Of a DNA stretch of 64,000 bases, positions 9,465 through 22,750 are shown one piece after another. Location: contig JAEWYS010000015.1 in the NCBI GenBank assembly GCA_023458555.1, positions 123,011-187,010 of the forward strand, given 5' to 3'. This DNA is from Bacteroidota bacterium. GTDB lineage: Bacteria; Bacteroidota; Bacteroidia; Cytophagales; Cytophagaceae. Both the position numbers and the translations under genes were made by a program. The first letter of the stretch is position 1. The number at the start of each line of letters is the position of its first letter. The notes below the pieces were generated by a model. That model was not told where the DNA came from. It did no database searches and saw only the letters and a program-made list of their open reading frames with translations.

Positions 9465-10335
9465 TCAGATAATCTCTTTTAAGCACTCTTCTATTTTGCT
9501 TTTTAAGATATCACTCCCTTTTACCAGTGGAAGACGCACATTGCTATTGCAGATATTGAGCAGCTCAAGAGTTGTTTTGATTCCTACCGGGTTACCTTCT
9601 TCATAAATACATGGATTGATCTGGACGAAGGTTCTTAATATTCCGGCTGCTGTCTCAAAGTCCGCTTTAAGAGCAGCATTTACCATTTTTGTGAATGGAG
9701 CAGGAAAGGCATTGGCAAGTACAGATATAACACCTTTGGCGCCAATGGAAATCAATGGCAGTGTCAGAAGATCATCTCCCGAGATAAGGACAAAATCCTT
9801 ACGGGTACATTTGCTGATTTCCAGCGCCTGCAGAATATTGCCTGATGCTTCTTTTATCCCGATAATATTGGGTAATTCGGCCAGCCGAAGGGTAGTGCGT
9901 GCTGTAAGGTTAGAACCTGTCCTGCCCGGGACATTATACAGGATTATGGGAAGGGGGGAGGCTTCTGCAATGGTTTTATAGTGCTGATAAAGGCCTTCCT
10001 GAGAAGGTTTATTGTAATATGGACTAACCGATAATATAGCAGATACACCAGTCCAGTCTAATTCATTCAGTAACTTTACGATTTCTCTGGTATTGTTACC
10101 GCCCAAGCCAAATACAATAGGCAGATTATGAGTGTTTTCTTTTTTGACAAAGGATAAAATGTCCAGTTTTTCCTGTTTGTCAGTAGTTGCCGACTCGCCT
10201 GTAGTTCCGTTTACAACCAGATAATCAACATTATTATCAGAAACATGGGTTAACAGCTTTTTCAGACCTGGATAATCAACTGAACCATCTTCCGCAAAAG
10301 GAGTGATCAATGCCACACCTGTACCTTCTAAACTG

Positions 10336-10343
<8 letters not shown>
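9465..10343 (-). CDS. dapA: 4-hydroxy-tetrahydrodipicolinate synthase
   Basis: GVALITPF..., VVNGTTGES..., and a DapA-like core. 292 aa. Confidence 0.92.
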
Positions 10344-13627
<3,284 letters not shown>

Positions 13628-13730
13628 GCTGCAAAGGTAACGAGGTTAACAAAAACTTAACCCATCATGTTATAAAAAAAACATTAAATAAGTACTCATT
13701 GAAGGGTAATTTAAGCATAGAGTAGATGTT

Positions 13731-14036
13731 ATGAAGTACACAATTAAACATGATCTTGTGAGCCGCAAATTCTTTACCGCCATCGGTGGTAAAGAATGTA
13801 TCTTGCGATATGAAAAGATAAGCGAAAATATCTGGGATTTCAGAATGATTTTTGTGCCGGCAAACCTTCGGAATAATGGTATAGCAGCCAAAGTAGTTGA
13901 ATATGCTTTGCAGTATGCAATGAAAAATTCAATAAAGATAAAGGCCGGATGTTCATACGTGAAGGAATATATAAGTCAGAATGATAAATATCAGGAAGCC
14001 TTGCTAAGACCGGGATATGCCGGAATAGCCGGTTAA
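13731..14036 (+). CDS. small GNAT-like N-acetyltransferase-fold protein (YjdJ-type)
   Basis: 101 aa. ...FVPANLRNNGIAAKVVEYALQYA...IKIKAGCSYV... matches the short GNAT_acetyltran_2 pattern. Confidence 0.6.
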   Translation: MKYTIKHDLVSRKFFTAIGGKECILRYEKISENIWDFRMIFVPANLRNNGIAAKVVEYALQYAMKNSIKIKAGCSYVKEYISQNDKYQEALLRPGYAGIAG

Positions 14037-14046
14037 AAAAAACAAA

Positions 14047-14076
14047 AAACCTGGAATTTTCCGGGTTTTTTGTTTT
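14047..14076 (+). terminator. rho-independent terminator
   Basis: aacctgga-attt-tccgggtt stem (one G-U pair), followed by TTTTTGTTTTT. Confidence 0.65.
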
Positions 14077-14135
14077 TACAGGGATAGTGAACTTTGTTCC
14101 CTATTATGTAGATTTGAGGCGGCAGGAGCTCTCTT

Positions 14136-14816
14136 ATGAAAAAAATAATCTTCCGGTTGCTGAACTGGCTCAAAAAACTGATTTTATTCTTTTTTTTGTC
14201 TACTGCACTGGTGGTTATTGCATATCGCTATATTAATCCTCCTTTCACTCCCTTAATGATTATTCGTTTTTTTGAACAATCATTTGGTCCATACGATTAT
14301 TATTACTCCAGCAAATGGACCGGGTATGGGAAAATATCTCCGGACTTCGTAAAGGCAGTGGTTGCATCTGAAGATCAGAAATACTGGAAACATAATGGAT
14401 TTGACTGGAAAGCAATGAAGAGTGCGTTTGACAGAAACCGACAGTCTGGTAAAAGTACGGTGGGTGGAAGCACAATCAGCCAGCAGGTTGCAAAAAATAT
14501 TTTTCTATGGCCGGGCAGGTCCTATGGCAGAAAGATACTGGAAGCTTATTTCACTTTTTTGATTGAGATTTGCTGGTCCAAGAAAAGAATTCTTGAGATA
14601 TATATGAACAAAATTGAAATGGGCAACGGCATATATGGAATCGAATCGGCATCGCGCTTCTACTTTAGAAAGAGCGCGGCGGAGCTTTCCCGGTCTGAAG
14701 CTGCACTGATTGCAGCTGTTTTGCCTAATCCGAGAGTGCTTAATCCCGCATATCCGACTTCCGGAGTTATCCGGAAAAAAAACTGGATCGAGATACAAAT
14801 GAAATATATAAACTGA
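14136..14816 (+). CDS. mtgA: monofunctional peptidoglycan glycosyltransferase
   Basis: N-terminal TM segment. GT51 motifs SEDQKYWKHNGFD and GGSTISQQVAKN. 226 aa with no transpeptidase domain. Confidence 0.9.
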   Translation: MKKIIFRLLNWLKKLILFFFLSTALVVIAYRYINPPFTPLMIIRFFEQSFGPYDYYYSSKWTGYGKISPDFVKAVVASEDQKYWKHNGFDWKAMKSAFDRNRQSGKSTVGGSTISQQVAKNIFLWPGRSYGRKILEAYFTFLIEICWSKKRILEIYMNKIEMGNGIYGIESASRFYFRKSAAELSRSEAALIAAVLPNPRVLNPAYPTSGVIRKKNWIEIQMKYIN

Positions 14817-14852
14817 TAATCAGTCAGATGATTGGGGTTTTGTTCATAATGA

Positions 14853-15722
14853 GTGTTAAAACTTTTAAAAAAGGTTAAACCTGCTATTTTTGAAACTATG
14901 AAGCCGGATTTTTCCAAAAACAAAAACCTGACATTAGCCAGCCAACTTCCTTCTGCATTTACTCTGTTTGATACGGATATCTTTAAAAGTAAGAAACCTG
15001 TGATCTTTCTGGATTTTGATGGTACGCTTGCTCCAATAGTCAGTAATCCTGAGGATGCCTGTTTATCCCTTGATATGTATGAACTATTAAAAAAACTGCT
15101 TGAGCAGGCCACCTGTGTTATTCTGACGGGTCGTGACAGAACAGATATAGAGCAGAGGATCAACCTGCAAGGGATAATTTTTGCAGGTAGTCACGGGTAT
15201 GAAATAAAGGGGAGTGAGCTGGAATGGGTGTATACGGAAGGACTGTCTTCGGTTGCTGCGCTGGACGTTGCACAAAATGAGCTGGATCTGTTGCTGGCTG
15301 ACGAACGGGGAGTTGTTGTGGAACGAAAAAAATTCGCTATTGCTGTCCATTACAGACATGTACCTGAGGAGAGAGTACAAAATGTTGTAGATAAAGTGCA
15401 GAGTATTATCGACCAGTACAGAAGCTGTTTAAAACCAGGACCCGGGAAAAAAGTCATGGAGCTGAAACCTAACTGTGAATGGAATAAAGGCAAAGCGCTG
15501 GACTGGTTAATGAGCAGATTAAACTTTGATCTGGAAAAACATGTTCCCGTATTTATAGGAGACGATCTTACTGATGAAGATGGTTTTGCCATGGTGCAGG
15601 AGAATGGTATCGGAATTGTTGTTTCTGAAGACAGACATCGCTATACTCAGGCTGGTTATTTGCTCGGAACCCCTGAGGATGTGTATACGTTTTTGTATCA
15701 GCTATCACAGAATATGCAATAG
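14853..15722 (+). CDS. otsB: trehalose-6-phosphate phosphatase (HAD family)
   Basis: HAD motif I LDFDGTLAPIV and motif IV GDDLTDEDGF. The ORF opens with GTG at 14853. An alternative ATG is at 14898. Confidence 0.82.
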   Translation: MLKLLKKVKPAIFETMKPDFSKNKNLTLASQLPSAFTLFDTDIFKSKKPVIFLDFDGTLAPIVSNPEDACLSLDMYELLKKLLEQATCVILTGRDRTDIEQRINLQGIIFAGSHGYEIKGSELEWVYTEGLSSVAALDVAQNELDLLLADERGVVVERKKFAIAVHYRHVPEERVQNVVDKVQSIIDQYRSCLKPGPGKKVMELKPNCEWNKGKALDWLMSRLNFDLEKHVPVFIGDDLTDEDGFAMVQENGIGIVVSEDRHRYTQAGYLLGTPEDVYTFLYQLSQNMQ

Positions 15723-15743
15723 TTATTGAGCCGGGAATAGTTA

Positions 15744-15929
15744 TCAATAAACTATTCCCCTGTAACTTTTACGAACCGGAAACTGTTCGTTTGGGTCCTT
15801 ATCCGGTAATAAATCATATTTCTGTCCCCTGTAGCTTAAGTCTCTCGGAATGGATTTCTTTTTTACACTTATCTTAGCCGTTTCAGGATTGTATTGTATT
15901 CCCCGGTATGAAAATCTGATTTTTTTCAT
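15744..15929 (-). CDS. small protein with three YRGxxY repeats (DUF4278-like)
   Basis: 61 aa: SYRGIQY ... SYRGQKY ... SYRGIVY. I recognise this repeat pattern from DUF4278-type proteins. Confidence 0.45.
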   Translation of the reverse strand: MKKIRFSYRGIQYNPETAKISVKKKSIPRDLSYRGQKYDLLPDKDPNEQFPVRKSYRGIVY

Positions 15930-16011
15930 AAGTTGTTTTCAGAATAACCTGTGTAGGAGAAGTTAGTTGCAATAACTTTTGAGAATATGCAGATGCAATT
16001 GTATATAAATG

Positions 16012-16041
16012 AAAAACCAACGGAAAACTTTCCGTTGGTTT
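16012..16041 (-). terminator. rho-independent terminator of the branching-enzyme gene
   Basis: aaaccaacgg / ccgttggttt stem. On the minus strand it is followed by TTTTT. It lies 38 nt downstream of the stop at 16079. Confidence 0.65.
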
Positions 16042-16078
16042 CAGGATCGCATTTTGGCCTGCTATGGTCCTAAAACAC

Positions 16079-18478
16079 TTATTTTACTTTCTTCAGAACT
16101 AAGGCCGTTCTGTTTGTCAGATATATACTAAGTTGCTGATCCGCGTCGGTGGAATAGGTAATTGAATCATCGATCCGGTCAAAACCTCCAAACTCCTGTT
16201 TGTCCGAGTTCAGTACTATTTTGTATGTTCCTTTGACAGGTACACGGAATTTGTAATCAAAGATGGAATTGGACGGGTTAAAGCTGAATACAAAAATAAG
16301 CTCGCCTCTTTCAAAAATAATTACCTTGTTCAGCATGTCCATATTTACCTGTGTAGCATATCCGGATCTTAGAATATCGTTTTTTCGGATTGTTTCTATC
16401 ATTGCTTTTTCAAATGCAGACAGATATTTGTACTTCAGCTTGGGACTGTCAACAAGGGTCCATTGTCTTCGGGCATATTTATAGGACCAGTTATTTCCCT
16501 GACGCGGGAAATCTATCCACTCCGGATGCCCGAATTCATTACCCATAAAATTCAGATAGGCTTCACCACCCAGAGCAATGGTAATAAGACGGATCATTTT
16601 ATGCAGAGCAATACCACGATCGATGATGTGATTCTGATCATCAACCATCATATGGTAGTACATTTCCTTGTCCATTAGCCAGAATGCCAATGTTTTGTCG
16701 CCTACGAGCGCCTGATCGTGAGATTCGGCGTATGCTATGGTGTTTTCTTTCCAGCGTCTGTTGGTAAGCACATCCCATATTTCATATATATTCCAGTCCT
16801 CATCGGTTTTTTCCTTCAGTATTTTTATCCAGTAATCCGGAATACCCATACCAAGCCGGTAATCAAAACCGATACCTCCTTCTTTGGTCGTACGGCAAAG
16901 TCCGGGCATGCCGCTTACATCCTCTGCGATAGATACAAAATTTTTATTGAGTGAGTGCAGCAGCTCGTTGGCTAGTTGAAGATAGGTGACAGTATCCCAG
17001 TCAACATCATATCTGAAGTATTTGTCATAATGATCAAAGCTGGTAAAGCCGTGATGGAAATACAGCATGGAGGTAACTCCGTCAAAGCGGAAGCCGTCAA
17101 AGTGAAACTCTTCAAGCCAGTATTTGCAGTTTGAAAGAAGGAATTCCTTCACTTCCCACTTTCCATAGTCAAAAAGCTTGGAGTCCCAGCCTTCATGGTA
17201 GCCCCGGCCGCCGGCGTGAAAATACTGATGATCGGATCCGTCAAACTCATTCAGACCTTCGGAAAGATTCTTTACGGCATGAGAGTGGACAATATCCATG
17301 ATAACGGCTATATCCATAGAGTGTGCTGTATCAATCAGCTTTTTGAGCTCATCGGGAGTGCCGAAACGAGAAGATGGTGCAAAAAAGTTTGACACATGAT
17401 ATCCAAAAGAGCCATAATAAGGATGTTCCTGCACTGCCATTAACTGAACGGCATTGTATCCCATCTTTTTTACTCGTGGGAGAATTTCTTCCGTGAATTC
17501 ATTGTATGTACCGACTCCTTCTTTCTCCTGCGACATACCTATATGGCATTCGTATATTACCAGGTCTTTGGAAGCATCGAACGAAAATTTCGAATCAGTC
17601 CATCTGAAAGCTGTTTCCGGCGCCCATATCTGTCCGGAGAAATCGTATGTCTGGGGATCCTGTATTACGCGTGTGATATATGCCGGAATACGGTCCATGG
17701 CCCCGCGATCAGATACAACATGCACCTTTACACGGCTTGTATGTACGAACTTATCCTTGTAGTCTTTGTATGGAAGAAAAATTTCCCAGATTCCACGGTC
17801 ATTTCTTTTCAACGGATGCGAAGATCTGTCCCAGTTATTAAAATCTCCGGTGAGAAACAGCTGATGAGCGGCAGGAGCCCATTCCCGGTACCACCAGCCT
17901 TTCTTTTTATCGTCGTAATTGATTCCGTAGTATTTATATGCGCTGGCAAACTTATCCAGAGAGTCTGCACCGGTTTCTATTTCTTTCAGTGCATTTTTAA
18001 AGCGATTATTCCGCTCAATGATATCCTGCTCATAAGGCTCTAACCATGGATCATCCACCACAATGGCCAGACGGGTTGTTTTTTCGCTTTTGAGTGAAGA
18101 CACACTTTGTTTAACTTCCTTTTTTGAAGCAGCAGGAGCTTTTTTTCCGGGTTCTCCGGCTTCTTTTTTTATGACCTCTTTTTTTACCTGTACAGGTGTA
18201 TTTTTAGAGGATTTTCTATCTTTTACCGAAGTAGCAGAAGCAACAGAAACGGTCGATGATGCTTTTTTATGAGATGTGCCATTGCTTTTTATAGATTTCT
18301 CCAACGGAACATCTTTTTTGGAAAGCGAGATTTTCCGATTGCCGCCCGCAGAAACGGAAGCTGTTTTATCGGATGATTTTGATTTAACAGGTTCAGCTCC
18401 TTTCTTTTTGATGCTTGCAGAAGTCGCTTTTATGGCTTTGGATACAGCTTTAACTTCTTTTTTGTCGGTCTTGCTCAT
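16079..18478 (-). CDS. glgB: 1,4-alpha-glucan branching enzyme (GH13, eukaryote-like type) with about 135-aa basic low-complexity N-terminal extension
   Basis: GH13 catalytic regions FDGFRFDGVTSM, SIAEDVSGMP and YAESHDQ. N-domain WWYREWAPAAHQLFLTGDFNNWD. Residues 1-135 are Lys/Ser/Ala-rich. Confidence 0.92.
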   Translation of the reverse strand: MSKTDKKEVKAVSKAIKATSASIKKKGAEPVKSKSSDKTASVSAGGNRKISLSKKDVPLEKSIKSNGTSHKKASSTVSVASATSVKDRKSSKNTPVQVKKEVIKKEAGEPGKKAPAASKKEVKQSVSSLKSEKTTRLAIVVDDPWLEPYEQDIIERNNRFKNALKEIETGADSLDKFASAYKYYGINYDDKKKGWWYREWAPAAHQLFLTGDFNNWDRSSHPLKRNDRGIWEIFLPYKDYKDKFVHTSRVKVHVVSDRGAMDRIPAYITRVIQDPQTYDFSGQIWAPETAFRWTDSKFSFDASKDLVIYECHIGMSQEKEGVGTYNEFTEEILPRVKKMGYNAVQLMAVQEHPYYGSFGYHVSNFFAPSSRFGTPDELKKLIDTAHSMDIAVIMDIVHSHAVKNLSEGLNEFDGSDHQYFHAGGRGYHEGWDSKLFDYGKWEVKEFLLSNCKYWLEEFHFDGFRFDGVTSMLYFHHGFTSFDHYDKYFRYDVDWDTVTYLQLANELLHSLNKNFVSIAEDVSGMPGLCRTTKEGGIGFDYRLGMGIPDYWIKILKEKTDEDWNIYEIWDVLTNRRWKENTIAYAESHDQALVGDKTLAFWLMDKEMYYHMMVDDQNHIIDRGIALHKMIRLITIALGGEAYLNFMGNEFGHPEWIDFPRQGNNWSYKYARRQWTLVDSPKLKYKYLSAFEKAMIETIRKNDILRSGYATQVNMDMLNKVIIFERGELIFVFSFNPSNSIFDYKFRVPVKGTYKIVLNSDKQEFGGFDRIDDSITYSTDADQQLSIYLTNRTALVLKKVK

Positions 18479-18604
18479 TAATTAAAAATAATTGAAGTCT
18501 ATAAAAATCAGCACATGGTCTTTTCATGAGTAGAGTCCATACTACTATGAATAGATATAATACTCATTTTTTTCGGAATAGTTTTCAAAAAGCAAAAATA
18601 AAAA

Positions 18605-18970
18605 CTAAAAACGGAATGGGATCATGACTACTGGGCCCCGATTGTGGAGCTTCATATATTTGTAGAAATGCCTGAAAGTGGGTTTCCGCATTGGCTGCAC
18701 CATTGTCTCTGTAGAATCAGATACAATATCTGTCGATACTTTTACTGAATCAGAGAATATGGAATCATTTTGGGATGGAATCATCTCCAATGCAGGCTTT
18801 TCTCTTTCCTGCCGGATTTCTTTTGTGTTTTTTTCAAGCTGTAATGAATCGGTCTGTACAGGTTCAATAGTCCGGGGAGCATCATTTACCGCCTTTTTTT
18901 CACACGCTGTAGCCAGCACAAACAATATTGTGCAGAGCAGGGGGATGAAAAATTGATAAATGCCTTTCAT
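18605..18970 (-). CDS. hypothetical lipoprotein
   Basis: 121 aa with a lipobox-like LATAC after a hydrophobic N-terminus. No recognisable domain. Confidence 0.45.
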   Translation of the reverse strand: MKGIYQFFIPLLCTILFVLATACEKKAVNDAPRTIEPVQTDSLQLEKNTKEIRQEREKPALEMIPSQNDSIFSDSVKVSTDIVSDSTETMVQPMRKPTFRHFYKYMKLHNRGPVVMIPFRF

Positions 18971-19298
18971 ATGCGCCGAAAACTTTTACAACAGATAATG
19001 TCAAATTTTAAACCAAATTTTTCTGTAATGAAAATTTGGAGTGGTTTAATTTCTTTTAGTATTAACTTTAAAAGGTGACAAGAGGTTTCATTTACAGTTA
19101 ATGCAATATTTAATTATTTGATTTTAAATATTTTAAATTATATTGTACTGATTCGAAAATGATACCGGATTTTAACTTTTTTGTTTGAAGAAATATTTTC
19201 GCTTTTTGCAGAATTTAATCTGAATGACACGATGTTATAAAGTTGGTCAGAATGAGTAAATAATGGTGAGATTAAGAAGGGCAATAAACTGAGTATTT

Positions 19299-19859
19299 AT
19301 GAATAGTAAAAGAACACAGACAGCGGGCCGGACGATTGTTTCCCTCTTTGCTTTTCTGCTGTTAGTGATAGCGGTGCTGGGTTTTGCTCCGACAGACTCA
19401 GGAGAAGGCAATTTCGGAGCAGATCCTGAAAAAGGGAAGCCTGCAGCACCGGGTTTTACGCTTAAGGACCTGGAAGGAAATGCCGTTAGTCTGAGTGATT
19501 TTAAGGGAAGAGTTATTTATATGGATATCTGGGCCAGCTGGTGTGCTCCCTGCATTATGCAGATCAACCGGTCAAAATCACTTAAAGAGCATTTCAGAGG
19601 AGAGGAAGATCTGGTTTTTTTATATGTTTCTATCGATCAGGATACAGCCAAATGGAAACGATTTTTAGAAGAACGGGAGGTGAGCGGTACACATTTAATT
19701 TCTCCGAAAGGAGAGGAGGAGGAAATACTGGAAAAATATAATGTCCCGAGTATTCCCCGCTTTATTCTTATTGATAAGGACGGAAATATCTCAGACTTTC
19801 ATGCAAAACCACCGTCAAATAAATCATTGATTAAAGACATTGAGAAACTTTTATTGTAA
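19299..19859 (+). CDS. TlpA-like thioredoxin-fold thiol-disulfide oxidoreductase
   Basis: N-terminal TM/signal anchor and WASWCAPC active site. Redoxin-like context (...APGFTLKDLEGN..., ...IPRFILIDKDG...). Confidence 0.85.
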   Translation: MNSKRTQTAGRTIVSLFAFLLLVIAVLGFAPTDSGEGNFGADPEKGKPAAPGFTLKDLEGNAVSLSDFKGRVIYMDIWASWCAPCIMQINRSKSLKEHFRGEEDLVFLYVSIDQDTAKWKRFLEEREVSGTHLISPKGEEEEILEKYNVPSIPRFILIDKDGNISDFHAKPPSNKSLIKDIEKLLL

Positions 19860-19950
19860 ATTTACTAAGAGAATATCTGATCTTATCTTTCTTACGTTCT
19901 CATGCACTTGTGTTATTACTGGTTTTAAATAGAAGTCTTTATCTAGTTCA

Positions 19951-22134
19951 ATGATTGATCGAATTGTACGGGTAGCCTGGCTCACTTTTCTGGGAAGCTG
20001 GCTCTTTTTGTTCCTTGTTATTGGTTGTGCGCGCATAAATCTGTTTGGATTGTTCGGGGAGCTCCCCGGATTGGAAATACTTGAAAATCCGAAAACAGAT
20101 GAAGCTTCACTGCTTTATTCTTCCGATGGCGAGGTTATCGGAAGTTATTATCGCGAAAAACGGACACCGGTTGATTACAATGAGTTGCCTGAACATCTGG
20201 TTAATGCACTGATAGCAACGGAAGATGAGCGTTTTGAACAACATTCGGGAGTTGATTTTAAAGGGACGTTTGCTATTTTTTATTATATGATTCAGGGGAA
20301 GAAACGAGGTTCAAGTACGCTTTCCCAACAAACAGCCAAAAATCTCTTTCAGCTGAGGGACTATGATGCCTATCAGGGGCCGCTCAGCAATAACATGCTG
20401 ATTACAAAAATAAAAGAATGGATTGTTGCCATTCAGATTGAGCGGGCGTACACAAAACGGGAGATTCTCACGATGTACCTGAATACGGTCTCGTTTGGCA
20501 GAAATACGCATGGAATTAAAAGTGCTGCAGAAACTTTTTTCAATGTCGTTCCATCCAGACTTACCGTTAACCAGGCGGCGCTGCTGGTTGGATTATTAAA
20601 AGGCCCTTCGGTTTATGATCCTGTCAGGCGGCTGGAAAGGGCGCTTTCCAGAAGAAACACTGTCTTGGCTCAGATGGAGAAGAGCGGTTTTATCAGTTCT
20701 GAGGAACGAAAAAAACTTGAGGAGAAACCCCTTGGGTTAAATTATCAGCCGGAAGGTGACGCAGCAGGCCCTGCTCCGTACCTCAGGGGGTATCTGAAAC
20801 CTTTTATACAGAAGTGGGCCAGAGAGAATAATCAGGACCTGTATGGAGGCGGTTTACGAATCTATACTACGGTAAATGCCAGAATGCAGACCTACCTCGA
20901 GCAGGCGGTTCAGCGTCATATGAAAGCATTGCAAAACCAGTATAATCAGCAATGGAAAGGAAAAACTCCGTGGAATGATCCCGATTTTATACAAAATCTT
21001 GCCAGAAAATCTGCCAGGTATGCAGAATATAAAAATGAAGGCCTCTCAGATAAGGAGTGCCTGGCCAGAATGAAAGAACCGGTTGAAATGATTTTGTTCG
21101 GATATGATAAACCACGTTCAGGCAAAATCAGCCCGCTTGATTCCATAAAATACATGGTGCAGTTTCTTCATACCGGTTCGCTTTCCGTAGATCCCGGAAG
21201 TGGTCAGATCAGGGCATATGTGGGAGATATAAATTATAAGTACTATAAGTATGATAATGTCTATCAGAGCAGAAGGCAGGCCGGGTCTACTTTTAAACCC
21301 TTTGTGTACGCCTACGCTATAGAAGAGGCTGGTCTTACTCCGTGCTCTGAAGTGCTGGATGTAGAAGTTGCTTATCCGTGGAAAGGTACTGTCTGGACTC
21401 CCCGCAACAGCAATAATACCTATTCCAATGCTCCGGTGACATTAAAGTATGGTCTTGCAAACTCTGTAAATACGGTGGCTGCCAATCTGATGATGCAGTC
21501 CGGACCGGATAATATTGTAAACTTTGCACGTAAGCTTGGCTTGGAAAGTACTATGGAAGCTGTGCCCTCTCTTGCGCTTGGGACCACAGACGTGTCTCTG
21601 TTTGAAATGGTGGCTGCTTATTGTGTATTTGTCAACGGTGGAACCTACATCAGACCGCATGCGTTGTTGCGTATCGAAGATAAGTATGGCAATGTTTTAT
21701 ATGAATTCAAGCCGGAAACCAGAGAAGTAATTACAGAGAGAACGGCTGCTTATATGGTTGAGCTGCTAAAGGCCGGATCAGAATTCGGAACTTCCAGAAG
21801 ACTTAAATCGGATTTTGGCATTGATGCCGAAATTGGCGGAAAAACAGGTACTACCCAAAACTCGGTTGATGGCTGGTTTATCGGAATATCACCTGATCTT
21901 GTTACCGGTATATGGGTAGGAGGGCAGAGCAGGGATATTCGTATAGCCGGCGGCTCCGGAGCAAGTCTGGCTTTGCCCATATGGGGATATTATATGGGAG
22001 CCGTATTAAAAGACCGGTCACTCGAGATTCGGAAAAAAGGGTATGGTTTTGCTGAGGAGCATATGAATTGTGGTGAAGGTGATAGCCTTACTATACTTCC
22101 TGTGGATGCATTAGAGGATCATTTAATGGAATAA
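19951..22134 (+). CDS. class A penicillin-binding protein (glycosyltransferase + transpeptidase)
   Basis: GT51 motifs ATEDERFEQHSGVD and GSSTLSQQTAKN. Transpeptidase motifs STFKP (SxxK), SVN and KTGTT. 727 aa. Confidence 0.93.
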   Translation: MIDRIVRVAWLTFLGSWLFLFLVIGCARINLFGLFGELPGLEILENPKTDEASLLYSSDGEVIGSYYREKRTPVDYNELPEHLVNALIATEDERFEQHSGVDFKGTFAIFYYMIQGKKRGSSTLSQQTAKNLFQLRDYDAYQGPLSNNMLITKIKEWIVAIQIERAYTKREILTMYLNTVSFGRNTHGIKSAAETFFNVVPSRLTVNQAALLVGLLKGPSVYDPVRRLERALSRRNTVLAQMEKSGFISSEERKKLEEKPLGLNYQPEGDAAGPAPYLRGYLKPFIQKWARENNQDLYGGGLRIYTTVNARMQTYLEQAVQRHMKALQNQYNQQWKGKTPWNDPDFIQNLARKSARYAEYKNEGLSDKECLARMKEPVEMILFGYDKPRSGKISPLDSIKYMVQFLHTGSLSVDPGSGQIRAYVGDINYKYYKYDNVYQSRRQAGSTFKPFVYAYAIEEAGLTPCSEVLDVEVAYPWKGTVWTPRNSNNTYSNAPVTLKYGLANSVNTVAANLMMQSGPDNIVNFARKLGLESTMEAVPSLALGTTDVSLFEMVAAYCVFVNGGTYIRPHALLRIEDKYGNVLYEFKPETREVITERTAAYMVELLKAGSEFGTSRRLKSDFGIDAEIGGKTGTTQNSVDGWFIGISPDLVTGIWVGGQSRDIRIAGGSGASLALPIWGYYMGAVLKDRSLEIRKKGYGFAEEHMNCGEGDSLTILPVDALEDHLME

Positions 22135-22137
22135 ATA

Positions 22138-22728
22138 GTGAACTATCTTGCACATTCATTACTTTCCAGTGGTTTTAACGATGTCATGATCGGCAATTTT
22201 ATTGCGGATTCGGTAAAAGGAACTGATGCGCTTGAAACATTGCGATTGGGGATAAGAGAAGGTATTCTGTTGCACAGAAGAATTGATCATTTTACCGATA
22301 GCCACTCTGCTTTTGTAAGAAGCAGAAAGCGGTTATTGCCACACCATGGACATTATTCAGCTGTTATTGTCGATATTGTCTATGACCATTTTCTCGCTTC
22401 CGATTTTGAGCAGTATTCTGACATTGACCTGATTTCTTTCACACAGAAAGTGTATACATTACTTTCTTCAAATAAAATGATCCTTCCGTCAAAAATACAG
22501 GCCATGTTACCTTATATGCAAAGAGATAACTGGCTTTTGAACTATGGTAATCTGGAGGGGCTAGACAAGGCCCTCAATGGTTTGTCGGAAAGAGCGCGGT
22601 TCCCCAATCGTATGAATGTTGCGATACATGATCTGCTTGATCAGTATGAGGATTTTCGTGCTGACTTTCACGAATGTTTTACTGATTTGCAACAATATAC
22701 TCATAGATGGCTGGAGACTGGAGTATAG
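22138..22728 (+). CDS. acpH: acyl carrier protein phosphodiesterase
   Basis: The GTG start gives MNYLAHSLLS...GNFIADSVKG...HRRIDHFTD, the AcpH N-terminal signature. It starts 3 nt after the PBP stop. Confidence 0.82.
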   Translation: MNYLAHSLLSSGFNDVMIGNFIADSVKGTDALETLRLGIREGILLHRRIDHFTDSHSAFVRSRKRLLPHHGHYSAVIVDIVYDHFLASDFEQYSDIDLISFTQKVYTLLSSNKMILPSKIQAMLPYMQRDNWLLNYGNLEGLDKALNGLSERARFPNRMNVAIHDLLDQYEDFRADFHECFTDLQQYTHRWLETGV

Positions 22729-22750
22729 GCCGGGTTCTGATGTAAAAGAC

